64,000 nucleotides of DNA from an uncultured Planctomycetaceae bacterium (GCA_963833985.1 CAWIAD010000002.1:4608001-4672000); one strand, 5' to 3'. Counted from the stretch's first letter, positions 20,121 through 30,756 are shown. Numbers and translations: made by a program. Notes: generated from the letters alone by a model not told the origin.

Positions 20121-20519
20121 CATCTTTTTCGCATTGATTACCAATTTTCCGAGATGCCGTCGTCAATACCCCGGTGGCCCGCGGGGTTCTGATCGCTTGT
20201 GGACGGCCTATTCCAACCATTTCCCTTTCATCCCCAACGACGGCGGCTTCCCCCTATTCCAGCAAGGTCGGCGACCACACTGGACTTTTCGAGGCCTGCT
20301 CAGCGTCCACTCGCGTTACGGCCTGTCGGTTCGCTGCATCGTCAAGCGACACATCTGTCTCGAAGGCTCCGACGGTTTCGTCTCCTCCACCGCCGCTCCG
20401 ATAGCGACTGGCTGGAGCGACCCAGTTGCCGGGTGGGAGTTACACCCACTGAAGACCAACACCCTTCCACGGCGCACTCGGGCCTTGTCCCACGCGGCCG
20501 GACCCTGTGATGCAGACTT

Positions 20520-20921
20520 TCAGTAACTGTGCCGGTCCACATAGGCTTCGCGCATGGCGATCGCCGCGAGGCTGGACCCGGTCTCGGGGCGCTCGTCCAG
20601 ATAGTGATAACCCAGAGCGAACGTCGCGGGAGCAGCGCCGGGCGGTACAGTCCGTTCGGGAACAGTCACTGCCCTGTCGTGAACAAACTTCAGCTGGGCC
20701 AGGTCCCAGATGCCCGGAAAACCGCTCGGATCGGCCATCTCCGCCGCGTCGATAACTAGTTTGCCCACGGCCCTCTGGCCGGCGTTCAGCCGGATCGAGA
20801 TCCGCGGAATGCCCTGGTGGATCGCCTCGATCTGGCTGACCTCGAAACCGGCCTCGAGAAGCCAGCGGCGGGCGCGATCCAGAGTGCGGTCGCTGGCGAA
20901 GTAGTGTGTCAGATAGCCCAT
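20520..20921 (-). CDS. Hypothetical protein
   Basis: 133-aa ORF, GAGGGG RBS, typical codon usage. Confidence 0.6.
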   Translation of the reverse strand: MGYLTHYFASDRTLDRARRWLLEAGFEVSQIEAIHQGIPRISIRLNAGQRAVGKLVIDAAEMADPSGFPGIWDLAQLKFVHDRAVTVPERTVPPGAAPATFALGYHYLDERPETGSSLAAIAMREAYVDRHSY

Positions 20922-21204
20922 GATATGAGTGTCCCCTCAAATGAATGGCGGATGAGCGCAAGGCGCAACGACGGGAGATCCCTCCCGGGGAGCGCTGCGC
21001 AGGGCCGGCATGCCGGACCGTCGGCCGGAGCGATGAAGATCAGGACGCCGACAGCCACTTGAGAGGGATACCGGGCCGCGGGCCCCAGGTCAGCCATGGC
21101 TTTGCGGGGCTTGCCACGCAACCGTGATGGGCGTGGTCAGGGTCGGCCCGAAATCGCATCCCTCCGAAGTTTCTACGTGTTTCGCGCGAGTTTGGCGTCG
21201 CAGA

Positions 21205-21687
21205 TTAAGGGGTCTTCATCGTTTCTGTGGTAGCCGGCGGCGCGGAGGCTGGCGCGGAGGAGGGAGGTGGAGTGAGCGACTGGCGGACCGGCTTGCTGGT
21301 CGCCAGGGCACCCGGACGAGTGGCGACGACAGGCGTGGGGCTGAGGATGCTGTTGACGCCCATGGTGGCCAGGCCGGAGACGAGCAGCATGGTGGCCAGG
21401 CCAATCCCCAGTGCATGCCAGGGGTGGAAGCGAAAGACCAGCATGAACACACCCACCCACACGAGGGCTTGGAGGACGGTCCACCCGACGCTCGTTGTGA
21501 ACATGGAGTCATACGAGGGCCTGATCCAGGTGAGCAAAAGTGCCAGCAGCAGCGTGCCGCCGGTCACCTTGAGCGCCACATACGGCGTGACCTCGTCATA
21601 GAGCTGGTCCTGCCCGATCTCGATGACGACGTAGCAGCCGACGAACAGGACCAGCCAGTAAATGAGAAACGCCCACATGACCGCCAT
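21205..21687 (-). CDS. Hypothetical membrane protein
   Basis: Four hydrophobic segments and a Pro/Ala-rich tail; GAGG RBS before MAVMW. Confidence 0.65.
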   Translation of the reverse strand: MAVMWAFLIYWLVLFVGCYVVIEIGQDQLYDEVTPYVALKVTGGTLLLALLLTWIRPSYDSMFTTSVGWTVLQALVWVGVFMLVFRFHPWHALGIGLATMLLVSGLATMGVNSILSPTPVVATRPGALATSKPVRQSLTPPPSSAPASAPPATTETMKTP

Positions 21688-21852
21688 TGGGAATTGCCTC
21701 GACGCAGGTCCAGACTGGTTGCACCATTGATCTTCCGTATCGTACCGGGAACCCGCGGCGGGCTCCACCGGGCGCTGTTGGTTTTTCGGCGATCTGCTAT
21801 GATTGAGAAGGGGTTGCTCACCCGGGGTTGTACGGCACCTGGACCACACGCG

Positions 21853-22677
21853 ATGATTCGCATCAGTGCTTTCGCGGACGAGATCTCCCAGGATCCGCTG
21901 GTGCAGGTGGACGTGCTGGCACGCCACCAGATCCGGCACATCGAGTTCCGGGCGATCCACGGCACCAACGTGCTGGACCTTGGTGACGACCAGCACGCCG
22001 CTTTTCGTGAACTGCTGCGGTCGCGCGGCTTCGGGCTCAGCGCGATCGGCTCGCCGATCGGCAAGATCCGCATCACCGAGCCGTTCGACGAGCATCTCGT
22101 CCGGTTCGATCGGGCGCTCGACCTCGCCCGGTTCTACGACACACCCCGGATCCGCGTCTTCAGCTTTTACATTCCTCCCGGCGACAACCCGGCCGACCAT
22201 CGCGCCGAGGTGATCTCCCGCATGAGCGAGCTGGCACGCCGCGCCGCGGGCCGCGGGGTGGACCTGATGCTCGAGAACGAGAAGGGAATCTACGGCGACA
22301 TGGCGGAGCGGGTGAGCGATCTGCTGGAGAGCGTGAACTCGCTGGCGCTCAGCCATGCCTTCGATCCCGCCAATTATGTAGAAGTGGGTCAGGACATCGA
22401 CCAGGCCTGGAGTCTGCTGCACCACCGCGTGCGCCACTTCCACGTGAAGGATTATGATTCCCGGTTGCATCACAACGTTCCGGCCGGAGCGGGAGACGGG
22501 CAGATCCCCGGCCTCATCGAACGGGCGGTGGCGGCCGGGTATGATGGATTCCTGGTTCTCGAGCCGCACCTGGTCGTCGCCGAGATCTCCTCCGGCTTCA
22601 CGGGGCCCGAGCGCTTTGCCGACGCCGCGAGCGCGCTCAAAACCATCCTCGAGAGCCAGGCCATCCCCTACGCGTAA
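21853..22677 (+). CDS. Sugar phosphate isomerase/epimerase (xylose-isomerase-like TIM barrel)
   Basis: ISAFADEIS, SAIGSPIGK, RIRVFSFY, ENEKGIYGD, FDPANY, HVKD, LEPHL. Confidence 0.85.
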   Translation: MIRISAFADEISQDPLVQVDVLARHQIRHIEFRAIHGTNVLDLGDDQHAAFRELLRSRGFGLSAIGSPIGKIRITEPFDEHLVRFDRALDLARFYDTPRIRVFSFYIPPGDNPADHRAEVISRMSELARRAAGRGVDLMLENEKGIYGDMAERVSDLLESVNSLALSHAFDPANYVEVGQDIDQAWSLLHHRVRHFHVKDYDSRLHHNVPAGAGDGQIPGLIERAVAAGYDGFLVLEPHLVVAEISSGFTGPERFADAASALKTILESQAIPYA

Positions 22678-22723
22678 CCTCCAGGGCCAATCTCACCGAC
22701 ATCCGCACAAGGAGTGTTCTTAG

Positions 22724-23652
22724 ATGACCGAAGCTCGTCGCAGCCGCCGGGACTTTCTTGCAGGCAGCCTGGCCGCCGGGGCCCTGCTGGGATCCCGATT
22801 CACACCGGCAGGCGCCGCGAGTGGCGGGGCCGCAGCCACCGTTGCCGGCGACTTCAAGCTCTCACTGGCGGAATGGTCGCTGCATCGGGCGCTGTTCGCC
22901 GGAACCATCTCGAACCTGGACTTTCCCGTGATCGCCCGCGAGCAATACGGGATCGCCGGCGCCGAGTTCGTGAACCAGTTTTTCAAGGACAAGGCACACG
23001 ACTCCCAGTACCTCAAACAGCTCAAATCGCGGGCCGACGACCACGGCGTGACCTGCGTGCTGATCATGATTGACGGCGAGGGAGACCTGAGCGCCCCGGA
23101 GAAGAGCGAGCGGTTCCAGGCGGTCGAGAACCACAAGAAATGGGTCGATGCGGCCGCGGCCCTGGGATGCCACTCAATCCGCATCAACACCGGAGAGCAC
23201 TACAGCCCCGGCGACGTGGGGGCAGTGGCCGAAGCCTGCGGGCGCTCAACGAATACGGGCTGGCGCACAAGATCGGGGTGATCTGCGAGAACCACGGCGG
23301 CCCGTCGAGCAATCCGGACGCACTGATTGCTCTGATGAAAGCCGTGGGCAGCCCCAATTTTGGGACCCTGCCGGACTTTGGCAACTTCCCGAAGCAAGGC
23401 GACCGGTACGCCATCGACATCTATGCCGCCATCGCACGCATGATGCCCTACGCCAAGGGTGTCTCCGCCAAGAGCTATGACTTCGATGGCCAGGGCAACG
23501 AGACGACGCTCGACTTCCCCCGGATCATGAAGATCGTGGCCGAGGCTGGCTACCATGGCTTCGTCGGCATCGAGTACGAGGGCGGGCGGTTAAGCGAGCC
23601 GGAGGGCATCAAGGCCACCAAGAAGCTGCTCGAGTCGATTCGCGATCGTTGA
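22724..23652 (+). CDS. Tat-exported sugar phosphate isomerase/epimerase (frameshift near 23245)
   Basis: [30 protein letters not shown], then [25 protein letters not shown]. Confidence 0.85.
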
Positions 23653-23699
23653 GCCGCGTGGGCACGATCCGCTGGATCTCCCGGAACCAGCAACAGAAC

Positions 23700-23729
23700 G
23701 AGCCGGCGGCACTGCCCGCTGGCTCTTTT
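23700..23729 (+). terminator. Rho-independent terminator
   Basis: GAGCCGGCGG-CACTGC-CCGCTGGCTC followed by TTTT, about 50 nt after the stop. Confidence 0.6.
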
Positions 23730-23956
23730 GCTTTGGCCCTGTGCGAAACATGAGCGGTCAGGCGAACCTGGGTATCTGGGAAGCTCCCGGAACCTGGTAG
23801 GGACATGATGAGGGAAAGGAGTCTGGTGGAACGCTTTGAGAAAAAGTTCAAGACATGAGCCCAAGAGGCGTCCGATGAACAAGAGCGGCGACCCTGATAC
23901 AGATCGCCGCCTTGCGCAGGGATGCGTCTATGATGATTGGTTTGACGGAACAAGCC

Positions 23957-24829
23957 TCAGCTACGAGCACGGATACGCCCGCGGAATCGGTAAGCGGCTG
24001 CGCTTGCCATGAGCGTCCAGGCGAGCCAGGTGGTGGGCTCGGGGATATGCTGGGCGGCGTTTTCCGGGATCTTGGTCCAGCTCAGGTAGGCCTCCCCCAC
24101 CCCATCGACAGCCGAGCCGGCATAGGCTTCGATCCAGAAGCCGTTCGCCGCGTTCAGGCCCGGGATCTTGCTGAAGTGGGTGACGGTGAACTCCAGCTGC
24201 GGGTGCGCGGGGGTCGGGTCGTAGGCCAGGTTGCCCGTGAACTGCGGAAGCTGCGAACCGAAGGCGTAGCCAAGTCCGGCCCCGCTCGCCTTGGCCGCGT
24301 TGAAGCTCGACACCGTGTAGCCGTCGGTGGTTCCCGAGCCGGCCATGGTCTTGTCGGCCGGAACGCCTGCGACCACAAGCGGAGTGCCGGGCTGGCTGAG
24401 ATTCGTGGAGTTGAGCGGGGCGAATGCCACGGCAATCGACTTGTCGCCGCCGAGGTGTGCGGGGTCGTAGCCGGTCGGCGTACCCGTGGGATCGCCGTTG
24501 GCCTGGCCAAAGGGCGCATTCACGCCCTGGGCGTTCTTGAAGGTGTTCACACCAACGTACAGGGTGTCCGTGGTGCTGTTGTAGTACGTCCGGATGTCCT
24601 GGATGCTCCAGCCCGAAACCCATCCATTAGCGGTGATCCAGGACGGCTGGCCGATGTTCTGCGGGTTGCTGCTGACCGGGGTCACCACCACACCGGGATT
24701 GGTCGCGGCGTTGAAATCCGCGTTGACATTTCCCGTGAACTGGATCGGGGCAGCGCTTGCTGCGGGCGCGTGCAGCCCGAGCAGAACCAGCAGCGCAAGA
24801 TTCCATGTGCACAAGCGGCGGGGCACCAT
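23957..24829 (-). CDS. PEP-CTERM surface protein
   Basis: Signal peptide; C-terminal IPEPTTWLAW-TM-RFRGRIR. Confidence 0.85.
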   Translation of the reverse strand: MVPRRLCTWNLALLVLLGLHAPAASAAPIQFTGNVNADFNAATNPGVVVTPVSSNPQNIGQPSWITANGWVSGWSIQDIRTYYNSTTDTLYVGVNTFKNAQGVNAPFGQANGDPTGTPTGYDPAHLGGDKSIAVAFAPLNSTNLSQPGTPLVVAGVPADKTMAGSGTTDGYTVSSFNAAKASGAGLGYAFGSQLPQFTGNLAYDPTPAHPQLEFTVTHFSKIPGLNAANGFWIEAYAGSAVDGVGEAYLSWTKIPENAAQHIPEPTTWLAWTLMASAAAYRFRGRIRARS

Positions 24830-25094
24830 GACGAGTCTCCTTCCACGTATGGTTAGTCCGTCCCTCGAATGCCCACCGAGGCATGACGTCTACGTCTGCG
24901 GGACGATTGCCAGAAGTTCAGGCGACCAACGCGTGGCGAGCGACAGACACGCCGCGACATGGTCAAGATGACGGTTCGGTTCGCACCTCCAGACCGGCTC
25001 GAAAGATCGTGGCTCCGCCAGGTTCCTTCGAAGCCGCCCTCCCAGTGTCTCGCTCCTGTTGGAGAGTGAGAATTCCAGAAAGGACGATGGCGCG

Positions 25095-26588
25095 ATGTCG
25101 CTATTCGCTAGACTGCTGCAAGCTGTTCGCTCGTGGCGCCGCCGTCGGGGTGGCCACAAGACCGTCCGATACGCCGGCATCGCCATGGAACAGCTTGATC
25201 ATCGGCAACTACTGAGCGTTAACTTCACGGGAAACGTCCCAATCGATTTTCCCGCTACTCAAAGTCCAGGCGTTGTGGTCCTACCGGACAATCCGCTGGT
25301 GCAGCATCCGGCAATCGCCCCAGTCCTTCAGCCCGTGGTGAAGGTTTCGGGCTTTGATATCTCGGGAATTCGGGTGAGCTACTCGCCCGCCACGGACACT
25401 CTCAGCATCGGGCTGGACCAGCCGCAAAGCGGCAACCATCCCGGAGAGGTCATCGCGGGCGATTCAGACAATAATGGAAATTCCAGTACCGTCAACCCCA
25501 TCATTTCATCCGGCAACCCACCTACGGGTCTGGAGCCGGGTTTCCAGGATCCGCCCAACTTCAGCGGCACGAAGTTCATGGGCGCGTTTCTCGACTTCAC
25601 GGGGAGCGGCAACGCGCAGGTCGTCGCCGGCTTTTCACAGGCAGTCATTCCGCCTTCCGCGACCGACCCGTCCCCACTCAAGCCCTATGAGGTCGCTCAG
25701 GCAATTCCCACCGGGCCGAACTCGACCCCCGTCTTCGGCACTGTGCTTCCCCAGTTCATCGGCAACGTCTACGACAACAACTCCATCCAGCACCCGAACC
25801 TCGAATTCGAGATCACGCACTTCTCCCAGCTTTACCAGATGGAGACGGGCACCGCTCTCACGCCGTCGTCGACAATCTACGTCGGCGGCTTTGGCGGCTC
25901 GGCGCAGGATCTGGGCATCGGTGAGGCGTTCTTCCCCGAGCAGCCGGTGAGCATCGCCGCGGCCACGCAGCCGAGCACGATCCCACCCGTGTCACCGCCA
26001 ATCCTCATCAATCCTCACGAGCATCGCGTCATCGATACCGCGCATCGCGACCTGGTCCGGGTGACCGTGCAGGGCACCTCCGGCTTCAGCGTCACATCCA
26101 TCAACCCGGCCACCGTCTCGCTGGACGGTGCCTCGCCAATCGCCGAGTTCACCCGCCATTTCCCGCACAGCGAGTTCCTCAACGAGACGTTCGTGTTCGT
26201 CGGCAAGGATATCAACCTGCCGGCAGGATACACCACGGCCACCTTCACCGCGCAGACGTACAGCGGCCAGCAGATCACCTCGTCCAAGCAGGTACTGAAC
26301 ATCCCGTTCTCGGCGAAGGTCCCGGGCCGGCTGCACTTCCTGATGGACAAGGGCACAGCCTATCCCGGCCTGAAGCGGCTCGAGAGGGTGACGCCAGGTT
26401 CCGTGAACCTGAACAATGCAACCACTGCGCTGCCGGCCTCGGTCAAGGTTGACCTGGCGTCGAAGGCCGCGGTCAGGGATATGCGGGTGAACTACCGGGC
26501 GCAGGTCACAAACACGGGAACCACAACGCCGGTGGCCATGCCACGCAGCGTGGTCCGTCTTGCCAGCCGGGGCACTGGCGCAAGGTGA
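25095..26588 (+). CDS. Planctomycete extracellular (LEPR-XLL-type) protein
   Basis: Basic N-terminus then MEQLDHRQLLSV; Pro/Thr/Gly-rich beta-type body. Confidence 0.75.
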   Translation: MSLFARLLQAVRSWRRRRGGHKTVRYAGIAMEQLDHRQLLSVNFTGNVPIDFPATQSPGVVVLPDNPLVQHPAIAPVLQPVVKVSGFDISGIRVSYSPATDTLSIGLDQPQSGNHPGEVIAGDSDNNGNSSTVNPIISSGNPPTGLEPGFQDPPNFSGTKFMGAFLDFTGSGNAQVVAGFSQAVIPPSATDPSPLKPYEVAQAIPTGPNSTPVFGTVLPQFIGNVYDNNSIQHPNLEFEITHFSQLYQMETGTALTPSSTIYVGGFGGSAQDLGIGEAFFPEQPVSIAAATQPSTIPPVSPPILINPHEHRVIDTAHRDLVRVTVQGTSGFSVTSINPATVSLDGASPIAEFTRHFPHSEFLNETFVFVGKDINLPAGYTTATFTAQTYSGQQITSSKQVLNIPFSAKVPGRLHFLMDKGTAYPGLKRLERVTPGSVNLNNATTALPASVKVDLASKAAVRDMRVNYRAQVTNTGTTTPVAMPRSVVRLASRGTGAR

Positions 26589-26612
26589 AGCCCCGGTCCA
26601 AATGACGAACCT

Positions 26613-26646
26613 GGCCCGGGTCGGCTCACAGAGCCCGGCCCGGGCC
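26613..26646. terminator. GC-rich hairpin between convergent genes
   Basis: GGCCCGGGTCGG...CCGGCCCGGGCC; no U-tract. Confidence 0.45.
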
Positions 26647-26693
26647 TTGCCATCTGGCCTGGGTCTCTTCTGGGGCCTGGCGAGCCTGCCCGC

Positions 26694-27101
26694 TCAACGC
26701 TTGGAGAACTGGAAGCTCTTGCGGGCCTTCTTGTGGCCGAACTTCTTGCGTTCGACCATGCGGGCGTCTCGGGTCAGGAACCCGCCGTCGCGGAGCGCGG
26801 AGTCGAGGTCCGGGCGGAACTCCTTGAGCGCCCGCGCCAGTCCATGCATGACGGCGCCGCTCTGGCTGGGCTTGCTGCTGCCGGCCACGTTCACGATCAC
26901 GTCGACCCGCTCTCGCATCTCGGTGGCCTTCAGCGGCGCCCGGATGTCGGTCTGCTGCACCTCGAGCGGAAAGTACGTGTTGGCGTCCAGGCCGTTCACC
27001 TGGAACTGCCCGGTCCCTTCGCAGATGCGGACCCGCGCCACGGCCGTCTTGCGCCGGCCCGTGCCCCAGGTGTAGGTCTTTTTTTCGGTCGCTACTGGCA
27101 T
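26694..27101 (-). CDS. rpsI: 30S ribosomal protein S9
   Basis: GTGRRKTAVARV...LTRDARMVERKKFG.KKARK.FQFSKR. Confidence 0.97.
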   Translation of the reverse strand: MPVATEKKTYTWGTGRRKTAVARVRICEGTGQFQVNGLDANTYFPLEVQQTDIRAPLKATEMRERVDVIVNVAGSSKPSQSGAVMHGLARALKEFRPDLDSALRDGGFLTRDARMVERKKFGHKKARKSFQFSKR

Positions 27102-27164
27102 GGTCGATCTTTCAACGGCTTCGAGGGTACTTGGTTCGCGGTTTCTTCAGTGCGTGTGCGGGAC

Positions 27165-27934
27165 TCACTCGGCTTCCGGCGAGGGCGCATGTTCCGGGGT
27201 CGCGGGTTCACCATGAGCGGCTTCACCGTGCGCAGGTGCCTCATGCCCGGCCTCGTGGCTCACTTCTGAGCTCATCTCGGCGCGGCCGCAACGGCCTCGG
27301 GTGTGGCTGCCACTTCGGCGTGAGCCGCGTGCTCCGGGGCCAATTCGTGGCTGACGGCGGGTGCCGCAGCCGCTTCCGGATGCCCGGCGATGCCGGTCGG
27401 AACCTGTGACTCCGGCTCGGCGGCCGTCTTGCCGGCCTTCTTGCGGACTCCCCGCGGGGCAGGCGGCGGAGCCAGCACGGCTCCCGAGGAAGCCGGCCGG
27501 CCCGACAGCGGCTCGAGCGGGATCGGCTGCTGTGCCTGGTGGGGATGCTCGGCGCCCACCTGAAGCTTGAGCTTGTCCATCATCTGCCGGCCCAGCTTGC
27601 TCTTGGGAAGCATGCGCTGGATCGCCAGCTCGAGGATGCGCTCGGGTTTGCGCTCGAAGAGCTTCCAGGCCGCCTCGTCACGCTGACCGCCGGGATAGCC
27701 GGAGTAACGCTGGTACGACTTCTGCCGCCACTTGTTGCCCGTGAAGACGACCTTGTCCACGTTGGTGACGATGACGTAATCGCCCGTATCAATGTGCGGG
27801 GTGTACGTGGGCCGGTGCTTGCCCATGAGGATGGGAGCGATCTGGGCGGCGAGACGGCCGACGACCTGGTTCGAGGCGTCGATCACGTACCAGTGCCGCG
27901 CCAGCTCACCGGTCTTGGCTTGGTAACAGTTCAT
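27165..27934 (-). CDS. rplM: 50S ribosomal protein L13 with long Ala/Glu/His/Pro tail (stop at 27272 as assembled; probable frameshift extends it to 27165)
   Basis: WYVIDA..VGRLA..LMGKHRPTYTPHIDTGD...MLPK...HPHQAQQP. Confidence 0.93.
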
Positions 27935-28138
27935 GGAACGCTATGCCTGACTCGTGAAAAGGCCTGAATCGATGGCCTGGTCGCAAGGAAAAATACCATC
28001 GTAGCGTGCCCCGCACTGCCGTCAAGACGGCTCCCTGTCGCCGGATCAAGAGCCGACTCAGGAAATTGTCTCTAATCACAAGAGAGAACGGGCTTTGCGA
28101 CGTGTCCTCACGCACCCGGAGAGTGCCCGGAACCGCTC

Positions 28139-30756
28139 TCAAAGCCGGGCCTGGATGCTCTTCAGGGCTTGCTCGATGGCCTCGGAAACCCGCTCGGGGT
28201 TCTTGCCGCCGGCCTGGGCGAGATCGGGACGGCCGCCGCCGCCGCCGCCCACGATCGGGGCCACTTCCTTGAGCCAGTTTCCTGCATGCAGCCCACGTTC
28301 CACCAGGTCCCTGGAGAGGCCCGCCACGAGCTGGACCTTCCCTTCCGAGGTGCTCAGAAGCAGCACGGCCAGCCCGCGTTCCACCTTGCGGCGCAGGCCG
28401 TCGATGAGCACGCGCAGCTCGTCGGGCGAGTGATTCTCAAGTGCCCGCACGACGACCGTCGCATTCCCGGTAACGCTCGCTCCGGCCACGAGATCGTCGA
28501 TCGACACCTTCCCGCCCCCGTCATCGCGGCGTTGCGAGACCTGCTTCTTGAGCGTCTTGACCTCCTCCAGCAATGCGGCGATCCGGCTGGCAAGCTGCGT
28601 CTGCGGAACGCGCAGCGCGCCGCCGCCTGCGCCAGGATCTCTTCCTCCTGCCGGACGTGATCGAGCGCCGCCTGGCCCGTCAGCGCGGTGATCCGCCGGG
28701 TCCCCGACGCCACCGACTCCTCGCCGATGACCTTGAACAGGCCCACCTGGCCGACATTCTCGAGATGCGTGCCCCCGCAAAGCTCCCTGGAGAAATCGCC
28801 CATCTGCACGACCCGGACGATTTCCGGGTACTTCTCGCCGAAGAGCGCCATGGCGCCCAGCGCCTTGGCCTCGGCGATGGGCATCTGGCTCCAGCGCACC
28901 GACGCGCCGGACATCGCCAGGGCGTTGACGGTCTTCTCGATCTCGTCGAGCCGCTCCTTGCCGACCGCCTCGGGATTGGCGAAGTCGAACCGCAGCCGGT
29001 CGGGCTCGACCTTGCTGCCGGCCTGCTGCGCGTGCTTGCCCAGGTGCCGGTGCAACGCGTGGTGCAAGAGGTGCGTCGCCGAGTGGGCGCGGCGGATCGC
29101 CTGCCGGCGCGGGGCCTCCACCGAGGCGGTGACACGGGCATTGAGGCAGACGGTCCCCTCCACCACCCGGCCGATGTGCAGGATGAAATCGTGGTCCTTG
29201 CGGGTGTCCTCGACCGTGAAGCGGAAACCAGGGCCGGTGAGGGTGCCGATGTCGCCGACCTGGCCGCCCGACTCGGCATAGAATGGCGTGCGGTCGAGCA
29301 CCAGCGAGATGGGCGGTCCGCTCACCGGCGCGGCCGTGGCCGACTCGGCAAGCTGGCCCTGCTCGAGGATGCCGATCACGGTCCCCTCCGCCTCGGTGGT
29401 CTGGTAGCCGAGGAACTCGGACCCGTGATGATAGGCCTGCCGCAGCGCGTCGAGCGGGCCGGTGGCGAAGACGTCGGCCGCCTCCGTGGTTCCGCGGGCG
29501 ATCTTGCGGGCCTCCTCCTGGGCTTCCTTGAACGAGAGCATGTCGACCCGCAGGTTCTGATCGGCGGCCAAGCTCTCGGTGATCTCGATCGGGATGCCGT
29601 AAGTGTCGTGCAGCTTGAACGCCTCGCGGCCGTCGATCGTGTCCGAGCCGCCGGCCTTGGTGCGCCGGAAGGTGTCGCTGATCATCCGCATCCCGTTCTC
29701 CAGGTTGCGGAGAAACCGCTCCTCCTCCTCACGGATCACGTTGCCGATCCGCGGCACGCTGTCGCGCAGCTCAGGATAGCCGCCCTGCATGGCCTCGGCC
29801 ACGACCGGCGGCAGCCGATACAGGAAGGGCTCACGCTGGCCCATCTGGTAGGCGTCGAGCACGGCCCGCCGCAGCAGCCGGCGAATCACGTAACCTTGCT
29901 TTTCCGGGCCCGGCCGGACGTTCTCGTGAATGCAGAATGTGAGCGCCCGAGCATGATCGCTGGCACGGCGGATGCGTACGCCGTCCAGCGTATCCTTCAC
30001 ATTGTCATAAGTGATCCCCAGCGCATCGGCCGTGGCGGCGACGATCGGCTGGAAGATGTCGATCTCGAAGTTGGACCTCACGCCCTGCAACGCAGCCGCG
30101 GCGCGTTCCAGCCCCATGCCGGTGTCGATGTTCTTGCTGGGCAGCGGTTCAAGCTGGCCCGGGCCAATCCGGTTGAACTGGGTGAAGACCAGATTCCAGA
30201 TCTCCACCTCCTCGACCCCGTCGCCGTGATAGAAGATCTCCGAGCACGGCCCGCAGACGCCGTTAGGCCCGTGCGTGGGCGCTCCGGCCGGCCAGAAGTT
30301 GTCGTCCTCGCCCATGCGCGTGATGCGATCGGCGGCGATGCCGACCTCTTTGTGCCAGATGTCGTGGGCCTCGTCGTCATCGAGGTAAACGGTGATCGTC
30401 AGCCGGTCGGCCGGGATCTCGAGCGTGCGGGTGAGGAACTCCCAGGCCCAGTGGATGGCCTCGCGCTTGAAGTAATCTCCGAAGCTGAAGTTGCCCAGCA
30501 TCTCGAAGAAGGTCATGTGCCGGGGCGTCTTGCCCACGTTCTCGATATCGCCGGTGCGAATGCACTTCTGGCAGGTGGTGGCGCGCTTGAAGCCCGGGTT
30601 GCCCAGGCCCATGAACTCGCGCTTGAACTGGTTCATGCCGGCGGGCGTGAAGAGCACCGTGGGGTCGTTCGGTACGAGCACATCGCTGGGCCGGCGAACA
30701 CAGCCCTTGGAGGCGAAGAAGTCCAGGAACGCTGCGCGGAGATCGTCGGTTTTCAT
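28139..30756 (-). CDS. alaS: Alanine--tRNA ligase (frameshift near 28620)
   Basis: LFTPAGMNQFK, FFEMLGNFSFGDYFK, EIWNLVF, TPFYAESGGQ, HSATHLL, ELCGGTH, GGGGGRPDLAQAGG. Confidence 0.97.

Larger units (their letters stand above)
19313..20477 (-). mobile_element. Degenerate, internally deleted group II intron
   Basis: 5' end GTGCGCCG at 20477; domain V AAGCTGGATGCGGGAAAAACGCCCGTCCAGTTTG (19385-19418) with AGC triad; domain VI ending CTCGACTCTAC at 19313; RT fragment inside. Confidence 0.9.

Noticed and set aside
28139..30756. alaS as a pseudogene or programmed frameshift
   Set aside because: Essential gene with intact motifs on both sides and no obvious slippery site; the same lesion type occurs across the window.
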